Shown: in pieces, positions 18,061 through 26,895 of the stretch
Layout: each line of letters begins with the position of its first letter
Position numbering within the stretch: position 1 is the first letter of the stretch
From: an uncultured bacterium
GTDB taxonomy: Bacteria; Patescibacteriota; Minisyncoccia; Minisyncoccales; UBA5738
DNA length: 64,000 nt
Assembly: GCA_903847095.1 (NCBI GenBank)
Contig: CAINCQ010000041.1
Coordinates: 72,292 to 136,291 of the forward strand
Direction of reading: 5' to 3'
The notes under the pieces: model-generated
Seen by the model: the letters and a program-made list of their open reading frames with translations, nothing else
What the model was told of the DNA's origin: nothing
Databases searched by the model: none
Translations under genes and position numbers: made by a program

Positions 18061-19191
18061 TTACACCGCGTCGCAGGCCTCGATAATGGCCAGCTCCAGC
18101 GGCAGTTGGGGTATGGGAGAGTAGCGGATCTTTTCCTGGGCGCCCAGAAACAATTCGATGATTTTTCGCAGTCTTTCGATTTTGAGTTCCGACGCTTGTT
18201 GTTTCAGGCGCGCGAATTCCTCGTTGGTCAGGCCGGAGGCCAAAAGCAGGCCGGCGCTTTCGCTGTCGCTTAATCCAGCCAGGCTCATGATCAATCCGTG
18301 ACGGAGATAATTAAGGGCGCTTTTATTGAATTCCTGGAGGTCAAAACCCTTATCGGTGATTCCGTTTAAAAAAGCAATCGCTTCGGCTGCTTTTTTGGCG
18401 GTCAAAAGATCGATAAAATCACCGATGAATTTAATTTCCACGATACCCAAAAGATCACGGATGTCCCCGGCTTTGATCGTTTCTTTTCCGCCTTTTATTC
18501 CCGAAAAAACCAAAACCTGTCCCAAGAGGCTTTCGGCGTCCCGGACCGACCCCCCCGCGTTGATCGCCACCAGTTCCAGCGCCGCTTTGTCGATCTTAAC
18601 GTTTTCCTTTTCCGCCAATCCCTTCAGCCGGTGCACCAGTTCATCGATCTTTAATTTGCGGAAGTCAAAGCGCTGGCAACGGGAAAGAATGGTCGGCAGC
18701 ATTTTGTGGAGTTCGGTTGTTGCCAGAATGAAGATAGCGTGGGCCGGCGGTTCTTCCAGTGTCTTAAGTAAAGCGTTGGCCGCGTCTTTTGACAATTGGT
18801 GGCATTCATCGATGATGAAAACCTTGTATTTTGATTTTGACGGAACGTATTTAATGCCATCGCGAAGCTCGCGAATATCATCGATTCCCCGGTGCGAGGC
18901 CGCATCGATCTCGATCAAATCCAGGGAATTTCCGTTCGTGATCTCAAGGCAGGAAGAGCATTTGCCGCACGGTTCGCAATTGCCTACTTTCCGATCCTGG
19001 CAGTTTAAAGCTTTGGCCATGATCCGCGCGGTCGTGGTTTTTCCGCAACCCCGAGGCCCGGAAAACAAATAAGCATGCGAAACGCGCCCGCTTTTAATGG
19101 AATTACATAGGGTTTGGATGATGTGATCCTGTCCGGCCACTTCGGCGAAGACTTGGGGACGGTATTTACGGTATAAAACTAGATTTTCCAT
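18061..19191 (-). CDS. dnaX: DNA polymerase III subunit gamma/tau (short form)
   Basis: From ATG 19191 it reads MENLVLYRKYRPQVFAEV. Has Walker A GPRGCGKTT, a Zn module CxxCxxC (CEPCGKCSSC), Walker B/DExx FIIDECHQL and sensor SRCQRF. Only 376 aa. Confidence 0.9.
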   Translation of the reverse strand: MENLVLYRKYRPQVFAEVAGQDHIIQTLCNSIKSGRVSHAYLFSGPRGCGKTTTARIMAKALNCQDRKVGNCEPCGKCSSCLEITNGNSLDLIEIDAASHRGIDDIRELRDGIKYVPSKSKYKVFIIDECHQLSKDAANALLKTLEEPPAHAIFILATTELHKMLPTILSRCQRFDFRKLKIDELVHRLKGLAEKENVKIDKAALELVAINAGGSVRDAESLLGQVLVFSGIKGGKETIKAGDIRDLLGIVEIKFIGDFIDLLTAKKAAEAIAFLNGITDKGFDLQEFNKSALNYLRHGLIMSLAGLSDSESAGLLLASGLTNEEFARLKQQASELKIERLRKIIELFLGAQEKIRYSPIPQLPLELAIIEACDAV

Positions 19192-19204
19192 GTGAATAAA
19201 TTGA

Positions 19205-19300
19205 TAAAGCGGGAACAGCAGGAAAAGTTGGAACAGCAAGAAGAGCGGGAAAGCATTGGATCAAATTCAAGCTATTCTCGCTTTCTTGCCGTTAGCGCTT
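19205..19300 (-). promoter_or_regulatory. GA-rich/CU-rich hairpin leader upstream of dnaX (copy 1 of a two-copy element)
   Basis: Arms 19232-19254 and 19271-19293 pair over about 22 bp (1 mismatch, 2 bulges). In the dnaX sense the sequence is homologous to 28303-28409, upstream of recR. Confidence 0.5.
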
Positions 19301-19307
19301 TTTTTAC

Positions 19308-19919
19308 TTATTTCTTGAATACAAAGAATTTATAACCAACGAAGTTCCACGCGAAGGTAATGATCACCGCTCCAATGCCGCCTAGATTTCCCCACAACGC
19401 CGCCGGCAGGCCGAATTGCGGTCCCAAGACGTTTACGATGAGGTGCGCTATCGATACGTTAATAATCAAGCCCGTAAGGGTTACGGCGAAAAATTGGTAA
19501 AACTCTTTGCTCATTTGCGCAGTTTCAGGCTTTTTAAAAGCCCAAAATTTGTCCGGTATGTATTTTAATACCGTGGCGATCATAAAAGAAACTGCTTTGA
19601 ATGCCAGGTAGGTGACGCCGGAACTAATCCCGAAATAAGCGATAAAAGCGCTAAGCGTACCCAAATCAAAAATCGTGGCCAGTACCCCGATCAGCAAAAA
19701 CTTAGCCAGCTGGAAAATGAACAAGTATTTTTTCCCGATCAGGAAGGCGATCCACAAACATAAGGGAGCCAAAAAAGCAAAAAGCGGGATCAAAAGCCAT
19801 AATAAGCCTTCCAGGCCGCCAAGTTTTTCCACTATTCCGGGCTGACCGAACAAACTCCAGAAATAAACAGCCGTAACGGCGCCAATGCCGGCGGCGATAA
19901 GCAGGTCGATTTTTTTCAT
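19308..19919 (-). CDS. GtrA-family membrane protein
   Basis: 203-aa ORF with extra N-terminal helices, then four TM helices ending in WNFVGYKFFVFKK, the typical GtrA C-terminus. Confidence 0.7.
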   Translation of the reverse strand: MKKIDLLIAAGIGAVTAVYFWSLFGQPGIVEKLGGLEGLLWLLIPLFAFLAPLCLWIAFLIGKKYLFIFQLAKFLLIGVLATIFDLGTLSAFIAYFGISSGVTYLAFKAVSFMIATVLKYIPDKFWAFKKPETAQMSKEFYQFFAVTLTGLIINVSIAHLIVNVLGPQFGLPAALWGNLGGIGAVIITFAWNFVGYKFFVFKK

Positions 19920-19983
19920 ATATTTGTCTTCTTGCCGGTTAAATCGGGAATTATTAAACCTTACGCCATTTTATCACGCGATT

Positions 19984-20018
19984 CTTTGATTGACAATCAA
20001 AGACCGTTTTGATAATTT
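19984..20018 (+). promoter_or_regulatory. cysK promoter (TTGACA-N17-TAATTT) overlapped by a perfect 8-3-8 palindrome
   Basis: The palindrome ctttgatt-gac-aatcaaag (19984-20002) spans the -35 hexamer at 19990-19995. The -10 candidate is at 20013-20018. Confidence 0.45.
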
Positions 20019-20077
20019 ATTATAATCCCATGGGAAATCAACCTGCCGTCATCAATAACCGCTCTAAATACTGTATC

Positions 20078-20144
20078 AGCCTCTTTTAGGCAAGAAGATT
20101 TCTAATTTTAGTTGAAATCTGTTTGCCTCAAAGAGGCTTTTTTA
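20078..20144 (+). terminator. long hairpin plus U-tract in the cysK 5' leader (candidate attenuator)
   Basis: agcctcttttaggcaa (20078-20093) pairs with ttgcctcaaagaggct (20123-20138) with 1 mismatch. There is an inner agatttc/gaaatct stem, then tttttt at 20139-20144. It lies 45 nt before the cysK ATG. Confidence 0.55.
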
Positions 20145-20189
20145 TTGAAGGAAAAAATTGAATTCATTTGAAGCAAGAACAAAAAAATT

Positions 20190-21101
20190 ATGAAAAAGAA
20201 CAACATACTTCAATACATCGGAAAAACACCGTTGATCGAAATAGAAAACGACAACCCCAAAGTCAAAATTTTCGCGAAACTGGAAGGATTCAATCCAACC
20301 GGATCAACCAAGGACCGCATCGCGCTTGCCATGGTGGAAAAAGCGGAACGAGCGGGCGTCCTAACCAAAGGAAAAACCATAATCGAACCGACCAGCGGCA
20401 ATACCGGGATCGCTCTCGCGATGGTGGCGGCTGTCAAAGGATATAAAATCAAGATTGTCATGCCCGAATCAATGAGTATCGAACGGCGCAAAATGATCAA
20501 AGCTTTCGGCGCCGAGCTGATTCTGGTAAAACCCGAGGAATGGCGCGATGCCGCCATCAAGATGACCAAAGCGCTGGTCGAAAAAGACAAAAACCTGGTG
20601 ATGCTCAACCAGTTTGAGAACCAGGAAAACTGCAACGCCCATTATCGGACTACCGGCAAAGAGATCCTGGAGCAAGTCAAAGGAAAGATCGATTATTTCG
20701 TAGGCGGTATTGGAACCGGCGGGACGATCACCGGCATCGGAAAACGCATCAAGGAGAAATTTCCGAAAGCGGTCGTAATCGGAGTTCAACCCGTTCTTGG
20801 CTGCAAGATCGAGGGATTGAAATCAATCAAAGAAGGATACGTCCCTCCGGTCCTTGAACCTAGCCTGCCCTGCGGCAATCACGCGAAATCTCTGATCGAT
20901 GCCATCGTTGAGGTAAGCGATATCGATTCTTTCGAAATGACCAGGGAGCTGGCGAAAAAATCCGGCTTGCTGGTCGGAGCGAGCTCCGGCGCAATGTTTT
21001 TTGTCGCGCGTTCCATTGCCAAAAAAATGAAAAAAGGCACGATCGTTACGATCTTCCCCGATCGCGGTGAAAAATACTTGAGTACGCCGGTTTTCGAATA
21101 G
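20190..21101 (+). CDS. cysK: cysteine synthase (O-acetylserine sulfhydrylase), PLP-dependent
   Basis: 303-aa ORF with PLP-lysine motif GSTKDRIA, SGNTG and the glycine loop GIGTGGTITG. CysK versus CysM not resolved. Confidence 0.9.
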   Translation: MKKNNILQYIGKTPLIEIENDNPKVKIFAKLEGFNPTGSTKDRIALAMVEKAERAGVLTKGKTIIEPTSGNTGIALAMVAAVKGYKIKIVMPESMSIERRKMIKAFGAELILVKPEEWRDAAIKMTKALVEKDKNLVMLNQFENQENCNAHYRTTGKEILEQVKGKIDYFVGGIGTGGTITGIGKRIKEKFPKAVVIGVQPVLGCKIEGLKSIKEGYVPPVLEPSLPCGNHAKSLIDAIVEVSDIDSFEMTRELAKKSGLLVGASSGAMFFVARSIAKKMKKGTIVTIFPDRGEKYLSTPVFE

Positions 21102-21195
21102 GAGTAAAAGCTTTTTTAATTTAAAAACCCCTTCCGGGGCGAACGTTTTTATTTCTTACGGAAATTAAAGGGAAGCTTTAAGCTTCCCTATTGTT

Positions 21196-21480
21196 TTAGG
21201 CGGCTACCAAATATTCATACAAGCCGACCTGCGTGAGGGGCTGCGTGGCTAGAAACCTTTGAACTTTCCCTGGCCCAATGAGCTTTTGGCTTCCGATGTA
21301 TCGGAGCGTAAACCCGCCGTCAAGGATTTGGCGCCGGCATGCGCCTAAAACTTGCCTTAAGGCTGTTATCGCTATAAAGGCAGAATTGCCTGTAAGCGCG
21401 GGTTTGTCGTTTAGCCACAATTCCGGTTCCGTCCGACTGAAATCTATTTCCAGTCCGGTGTAATTAAGTATTGCTTTCAT
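21196..21480 (-). CDS. hypothetical protein
   Basis: 94-aa ORF. A TTGACT-N16-TATTAT promoter-like site lies at ~21535-21562, and a palindromic hairpin gggaagctt-t-aagcttccc lies downstream. Confidence 0.4.
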   Translation of the reverse strand: MKAILNYTGLEIDFSRTEPELWLNDKPALTGNSAFIAITALRQVLGACRRQILDGGFTLRYIGSQKLIGPGKVQRFLATQPLTQVGLYEYLVAA

Positions 21481-21569
21481 TCAATCCCTCTTTGATCAAT
21501 TATCCATTCGCGGGCAAAGCCCGTTTCTAAAAATATAATAACATTTTAAAAATAAAAGTCAACACAGAT

Positions 21570-22208
21570 TTACTCGGTAAGCAATTTTTTTACTTCTTCA
21601 AAATACACCACCTCAACATCTTCATCATTTATCATCTTAGGATTTAGGCTGTTGCGGATCGCGACTACGGAAACGCGTTTGCCGTTATTGGCGGCGCGCC
21701 TCAAATGCTGGTAGAAATCGCCGTCTCCCGACAATAAAATAATATGGCTTACTTCGGGGTCATCGGAGACTATTTCCAGGTTTTGAATGATGAAACGATC
21801 CATGTTGAAATCTTTTTTTCCGTTCTTCTTCACCGGCAAATTGTTTATATCACAGGTCTCGACTTTCACTCCTTTGTCCTGAAGACCGTTTATGAAGCCA
21901 TTTTTGGCTTCCAGTGTCGGAAATTCGGTGGCCGATTTTTCCACTAAAAACATATCGAAATAAATGATCCTCATTCTTTTCGCGACCATTTCTTCGGATT
22001 CTTCTTTGTAAAAGACCTTTGCAAGTTTAAAATAGTCCACCTGGAGATTGGTCCAATTCGGCAATTTATATCGGAAATTCTGCCCATCGATCAGAACAAA
22101 GATCAGTTCCTCTCGCGAATCTACGCTAGGTTTGTTAAAAATCGTGCTAGCTGCCATTTCCTTACCTCGCGATGTTTGATTGTAAAAGTACTTTAAGGCA
22201 TTATCCAC
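21570..22208 (-). CDS. NYN/LabA-like domain protein
   Basis: 212-aa ORF with FVLIDGQNF near the N-terminus and ILLSGDGDFYQHLRRAANNGKRVSVVA, as in NYN/LabA ribonuclease-like domains. Confidence 0.65.
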   Translation of the reverse strand: MDNALKYFYNQTSRGKEMAASTIFNKPSVDSREELIFVLIDGQNFRYKLPNWTNLQVDYFKLAKVFYKEESEEMVAKRMRIIYFDMFLVEKSATEFPTLEAKNGFINGLQDKGVKVETCDINNLPVKKNGKKDFNMDRFIIQNLEIVSDDPEVSHIILLSGDGDFYQHLRRAANNGKRVSVVAIRNSLNPKMINDEDVEVVYFEEVKKLLTE

Positions 22209-22310
22209 TTTTTACTTTTATACGTCAATACTCATTGCGCAAAATTTTCTTTTTGTTAATATTTGTTAATCTGCCTAACGATCAATCATCAATGATCGAT
22301 AATAATAAAA

Positions 22311-23702
22311 ATGATCAAGCTTTATAATAGCCTTACGAGGAAAAAAGAGGAGTTTAAACCGATCAAGCCCGGCGCTGTCTCAATGTACACGTGCGGGCCC
22401 ACGGTTTACTGGTACGCCCATGTCGGGAATTTGCGCACTTACATTTTTGAAGACGTTCTTAAAAGAGTTTTGGAGTACGCGGGTTATAAAGCCAAGCACG
22501 TGATGAATATAACGGATGTGGGACACTTGACCAGCGATGAGAATACGGGCGAGGATAAAATGGAAAAAGGCGCCGCGCGAGAGAACAAATCGGTTTGGGA
22601 GATCGCGAAAATGTATACCGACGCTTTTAAAAAAGACCTTGGAACGCTCAATATCGAAGAGCCCGATGTTTGGGTAAAAGCCACCGATACGATCAAAGAA
22701 CAGATCGATCTCATTAAAAAACTCGAAGAAAAAGGATTTACTTATGTGATCGAGGACGGCGTTTATTTCGATACCGCCAAATTGGAAAATTACGGCCGGC
22801 TTTGGCCGAACAAATTGGATATTAAGACGAGAGCCCGGGTGGAAGTAGTCGCGGGCAAGAAAAACGATCCGGATTTCGCGCTTTGGAAGCTGACTCCGGC
22901 CGGAGTCAAAAGGCAAATGGAATGGGATTCGCCCTGGGGTAAGGGATTTCCGGGTTGGCATACCGAATGTGTCGTGATGTCCTGTGATAATCTGGGCATA
23001 CCTTTCGATATCCATTGCGGCGGCATCGACCATATCCTGATTCACCATACCAACGAGATCGCACAGGCCGAGGCCGTCTACGGCGGTCCGATGTGCAATT
23101 ACTGGTTGCACGGCGAATATCTCAATTTAAAGGGCGAAAAGATTGCCAAGTCTTCGGGTAATATCGTGCTCGTCGATGATCTGGTTAAAAAAGGGATTAA
23201 TCCTTTGGCGTACCGTTATTTATGCTTTACCACCCACTACCGCATTCCTCTTTCCTTTTCCTGGGAATCCATTGAAGCCGCCGATAGCGCGCTAAAATCC
23301 CTGTACGATAAAGTGCGGATGCTGAAAACCGCCGTCAAGGAAATTCCGGCGGAATATTCCGAGCAAGCGCTTGATTACAAGGCGCAATTTACTGCCGCCA
23401 TCGAAGATGACCTCAATATGCCCAAAGCGCTGGCTGTCCTTTGGCAGGCGGCCAAAGACCAGAATTTTGTCCAAGCCGAAAAACTGGCTTTGCTGCTCGA
23501 TTTCGACCGGGTGTTGGGTTTCAAGCTAAATTCGGTTAAGGCCGAAGCGATCCCGGCCGGGATTTTGGAGCTTGCCCGGCAGCGCGAACAGGCGCGCCGG
23601 AATAAAGACTGGGCCAAAAGCGATGAGTTGCGTGGGCAGGCCGGAGCCGCCGGTTATTTAATTGAAGATACGCCTACCGGTTCCAAAATAAAAAAGATTT
23701 GA
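22311..23702 (+). CDS. cysS: cysteine--tRNA ligase
   Basis: 463-aa ORF with class I motifs CGPTVYWYAHVGNLRT (HIGH-like) and KIAKSSGN (KMSKS-like), plus the CysRS Zn/Cys pocket WHTEC. Confidence 0.95.
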   Translation: MIKLYNSLTRKKEEFKPIKPGAVSMYTCGPTVYWYAHVGNLRTYIFEDVLKRVLEYAGYKAKHVMNITDVGHLTSDENTGEDKMEKGAARENKSVWEIAKMYTDAFKKDLGTLNIEEPDVWVKATDTIKEQIDLIKKLEEKGFTYVIEDGVYFDTAKLENYGRLWPNKLDIKTRARVEVVAGKKNDPDFALWKLTPAGVKRQMEWDSPWGKGFPGWHTECVVMSCDNLGIPFDIHCGGIDHILIHHTNEIAQAEAVYGGPMCNYWLHGEYLNLKGEKIAKSSGNIVLVDDLVKKGINPLAYRYLCFTTHYRIPLSFSWESIEAADSALKSLYDKVRMLKTAVKEIPAEYSEQALDYKAQFTAAIEDDLNMPKALAVLWQAAKDQNFVQAEKLALLLDFDRVLGFKLNSVKAEAIPAGILELARQREQARRNKDWAKSDELRGQAGAAGYLIEDTPTGSKIKKI

Positions 23703-23725
23703 CAAATTGAACAAAAAAGCACGGT

Positions 23726-23941
23726 TTAGCCACCGTGCCTGATTTTTTGTATACAGAGATACAATCTTGTGATCGGATTAATGAGCAATATGTCCAAATG
23801 CCATATTAGAAAACCGGCCATTACGATTAAAATCTGGGTGTGTCTGGAAATAACGTGCATTGGCCCGACTGCAAGGCCGATACAGAGTATGAACGCCGCG
23901 ATAATTGCGACTATATAGCCGGACAGATTCTTAACGATCAT
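23726..23941 (-). CDS. small membrane protein
   Basis: 71-aa ORF with two TM helices. Confidence 0.4.
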   Translation of the reverse strand: MIVKNLSGYIVAIIAAFILCIGLAVGPMHVISRHTQILIVMAGFLIWHLDILLINPITRLYLCIQKIRHGG

Positions 23942-24070
23942 TTTTCCGCCTCCGTTTCGTTTAAGGAGCTAATGCCTTTATTGATCTTGCCGTGTTTTCC
24001 GGAAAAAAACAATATTTTGCCAAAAAGCTAAACAAAGAACACCTTATTGCTGTTCGTTTTCGGTAAACAA

Positions 24071-24466
24071 TTAAACCGGCGGATTACGGTCGCACTCTTT
24101 TTTTATCGATCGGAAGCGGTCAAGCATTACCATCAGAAGGGCTATGACTCCAATATTAAGCACGATCAAAAAAGGGCTAGCCGCCGTTTTTATCAGAATT
24201 ATCAAAAACATGGCGATCGAGATACCACACATAATCAAATTGATGTCCAAAATTCCGCCTATTCTTTTCTGCATGCTCAAACCGTTCATCTGGACGCCTG
24301 ATGCTAGCATTATCGCTCCCAAATATCCGATTGAACCGACAAAAAGCAATGCGATCATTGCCGGATCGGTAAAATCAGGCGCAAATTTAAAAGGCATTAT
24401 GCACGTTATAGCGTACAAACTGAACTCGAACATTAAAATAATAAGCGGGTCGACGCGTTTCGACAT
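24071..24466 (-). CDS. membrane protein
   Basis: 131-aa ORF with four TM helices and a GGAGG SD upstream of the ATG. Confidence 0.45.
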   Translation of the reverse strand: MSKRVDPLIILMFEFSLYAITCIMPFKFAPDFTDPAMIALLFVGSIGYLGAIMLASGVQMNGLSMQKRIGGILDINLIMCGISIAMFLIILIKTAASPFLIVLNIGVIALLMVMLDRFRSIKKECDRNPPV

Positions 24467-24812
24467 TAATTCATTCCTCCGAATTTTTAAGAACTGGCGT
24501 TATTATGACTAAAATTCCTAAAAACGCAAGATAAGTAATCAACCAATGGACTTAAGTCCGGTGGCTTTGATTTTTACGGCTACGCCGGCAGTGATGACGC
24601 GGAGTTTTTAGGACGTCGCACTCGTCAGCAACGACGGCCATCCGAGACAATTCAGTATGCCGGATGATTAATTCTTTAACTTGTTGATAGATAATATCCA
24701 ACCTTTTGGAGCTGTTTGGCCAAACGGCTCCAATGTTCGGCCTTGCTTTTAAAAGTATCCCGAGCTTTAGCTGAGGGGTAGAGTAAAAAAAGAACAGCTC
24801 GTTGCCGTTCTT

Positions 24813-25028
24813 TCAGCTTCTGCGTCTTTCAATGAACTTTGCCACTCTTATCACCGGTAGGCCGACAAGGATGGATAATGACCAAAGAATGAACCAAGCG
24901 ACCGCGAAATAGGCGCGGGTTTCGGTGGGCATTCCCCAGTAATAACCGAAAGTCACGATAAGTAAGCAGAGGAAACCAATGAACCAGATACTCCGGTCTG
25001 CATAAAGCAGGATTTTACTATTTTGCAA
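24813..25028 (-). CDS. small membrane protein
   Basis: 71-aa ORF with two TM helices and a basic C-terminus. Confidence 0.4.
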   Translation of the reverse strand: MQNSKILLYADRSIWFIGFLCLLIVTFGYYWGMPTETRAYFAVAWFILWSLSILVGLPVIRVAKFIERRRS

Positions 25029-25141
25029 CTTATTCCTCCGGTCTTCGATCTTGTTGTATGATAAGCGCTTGACGAAAAAAAATCAAGGTAATTTTTTCTC
25101 AAGAAAAAAGCGGTTTTGATTAACCGCTTTGCCTGATATGC

Positions 25142-25810
25142 TCATTCGAAACTTTGGGGCGAGTTTTCGAACTTCGATACACCGATCGAAAGAACCGTTT
25201 TTTTCTTCTTATCCTTGCCCACCTCGAAAATTTTAATTGTTTTGGCGTCTTCGTGGTAAGGAATGGACAGTAAAAAATCGAATCGGTCGGCGCTTTCACA
25301 ATGGTTGGACCGGCCGGATTCTTCCGACTGACAGTCAAAGCACTGGGTGGCTATCGTGAAAGTAAAAGAACACGATAGCAGAAATCCGCCGGTTGAGTTT
25401 TGCATTTCCAGGTAATAATCCCGGTCGCGCGTGCTGCTAAGGCTTTTGCCACAGGTTCCGAACTCCCCGACGTTTTCGAGATAGGTCTCGTCGGGATATT
25501 TACATAGGACCACGGCGATATTCTCCGAATACTTCGAAGGTATCCTATCGGTTCCCGGTTCACTGCATTCGGCGCCCTCTCCTTCATACGTAGCGGCGGT
25601 TGCGGGAAAATTATCCGCCCTTATGTCCTTCAGGGACATTTTACCGCCGTTAAAAGCGATATCGGCCTCGTAATGCAAGTTCGTGGGATAGGTTTGCCCC
25701 AAAGAGACTATTGTTCCATCCGAAAGCTCATTTCCGTTCGAATCGCCTCCGGCTTGACTGCTTGCCGCCAGAAGAAACAATATTGCCCACACGCTAAAAA
25801 TTCTAATCAT
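25142..25810 (-). CDS. hypothetical secreted protein
   Basis: 222-aa ORF with a signal peptide (MIRIFSVWAILFLLAASSQAG) and its own promoter. Confidence 0.5.
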   Translation of the reverse strand: MIRIFSVWAILFLLAASSQAGGDSNGNELSDGTIVSLGQTYPTNLHYEADIAFNGGKMSLKDIRADNFPATAATYEGEGAECSEPGTDRIPSKYSENIAVVLCKYPDETYLENVGEFGTCGKSLSSTRDRDYYLEMQNSTGGFLLSCSFTFTIATQCFDCQSEESGRSNHCESADRFDFLLSIPYHEDAKTIKIFEVGKDKKKKTVLSIGVSKFENSPQSFE

Positions 25811-25840
25811 GCCAACCTCCTAAATTATTGCCGTGCCTAT

Positions 25841-25869
25841 ATTATCTAATATTTTCTACATTTTGTCAA
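25841..25869 (-). promoter_or_regulatory. sigma70-type promoter (TTGACA-N17-GATAAT)
   Basis: The minus strand reads ttgaca aaatgtagaaaatatta gataat, upstream of the 25810 start. Confidence 0.5.
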
Positions 25870-25932
25870 CCTTGATTTTTTTCGGTTATCGTAAAAAGCA
25901 GCTCTGTTTAAGCAGCTGCTTTCATATTCACT

Positions 25933-26445
25933 CTACATACCTCTTACATCGTAGGGCCCGAATCTCACTGTTCCGGTGTCATCATAAACGGTAATATCGG
26001 TACCCAGCTTGTTATAAGGTATTTCCAAATTAAGGGGCGTAGCGCCGGGACTACAACTTCCGGTCCATTCGCCATTCGGTCCGATGGAATCGGAACAAAT
26101 CAGGCCCGTGTACTGGAAGTGTCCTTCTTCAAGAACCCGTTGCTGCTCGTCAATGAGTTGAAAATACCAGTTTCCCCCGCTCTTATAGTCGGGAGCGTTT
26201 CCTTCGATGACGCTGATGCTGTCCAGCGCCATATAAGCTTCTCCATCGACATATCTTAGCGTAAGGAAATACATTGATCCTTGCTCTGCCTGACGGTCAC
26301 AGGTCTGCTGACGGTCGCATGGTCCGTCATTAAGGACCATTGGCATTGCCATCGGCTGGTCTATCGGTCTAAAGGCTATACCTGGCTGGCTTGCTCCAAA
26401 TAAGATCAGAAAAGCCAGTATCAACTTTATGAACGAACCCATCAT
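25933..26445 (-). CDS. hypothetical secreted protein
   Basis: 170-aa ORF with a signal peptide (MMGSFIKLILAFLILFGASQPGIA) and its own promoter. Confidence 0.5.
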   Translation of the reverse strand: MMGSFIKLILAFLILFGASQPGIAFRPIDQPMAMPMVLNDGPCDRQQTCDRQAEQGSMYFLTLRYVDGEAYMALDSISVIEGNAPDYKSGGNWYFQLIDEQQRVLEEGHFQYTGLICSDSIGPNGEWTGSCSPGATPLNLEIPYNKLGTDITVYDDTGTVRFGPYDVRGM

Positions 26446-26467
26446 ATCACTCCATTGAGCTGCCTAG

Positions 26468-26496
26468 ATTATAGCATAAATAAACAAGAAAGTCAA
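26468..26496 (-). promoter_or_regulatory. sigma70-type promoter (TTGACT-N17-TATAAT)
   Basis: The minus strand reads ttgact ttcttgtttatttatgc tataat, upstream of the 26445 start. Confidence 0.55.
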
Positions 26497-26529
26497 CACA
26501 ACAATCACAAAAAAAGCGGGTTTCCCGCT

Positions 26530-26778
26530 TTATATTCTTATCGGCACAAAATATTGGATGACGGCGGATATCGCATAAGCTATGAATGTGCCAAGGGTTA
26601 GCCAGCTGTCAAAATCCACTACTTGCGCGTTTGTGACACTGTAAATGCTTCCCGCTACCAATGAACCGCCTAATAATACTAAAAATATCAATAAAACCAA
26701 TTCGGTCAATCTCAATCTAAAACTCTCACCCTTTTTCGTCAGCTTAGCCCAATTTATGATAAAGGCAATTTTTTTCAA
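26530..26778 (-). CDS. small membrane protein
   Basis: 82-aa ORF with two TM helices. Confidence 0.4.
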   Translation of the reverse strand: MKKIAFIINWAKLTKKGESFRLRLTELVLLIFLVLLGGSLVAGSIYSVTNAQVVDFDSWLTLGTFIAYAISAVIQYFVPIRI

Positions 26779-26895
26779 GCTCCAAGGATGATTTTCGCTT
26801 GTTTTGAGGTGTTATCTTGAGTTTGCCAAAGCAATTTTCCTTTGTTAGTATTGTAATACTAGGCCGGTCATTGGTGTTTTATCTATCATTCCGGA

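Noticed and set aside
18326-19072. 248-aa plus-strand ORF
   Set aside because: It is antisense to dnaX. Likewise, 22380-23111 is antisense to cysS, 20168-20446 is an alternative frame of cysK, and 41590-42090 is antisense to uvrB.
24467-24812. A known structured RNA (RNase P RNA, tmRNA, SRP RNA or 6S RNA) in the largest ORF-free gap
   Set aside because: I looked for the hallmark strings GAGGAAAGUCC (RNase P), the tRNA-like GGUUCGA..CCACCA end (tmRNA) and GGAAGCAGCC (SRP). None were found on either strand here or in other gaps.
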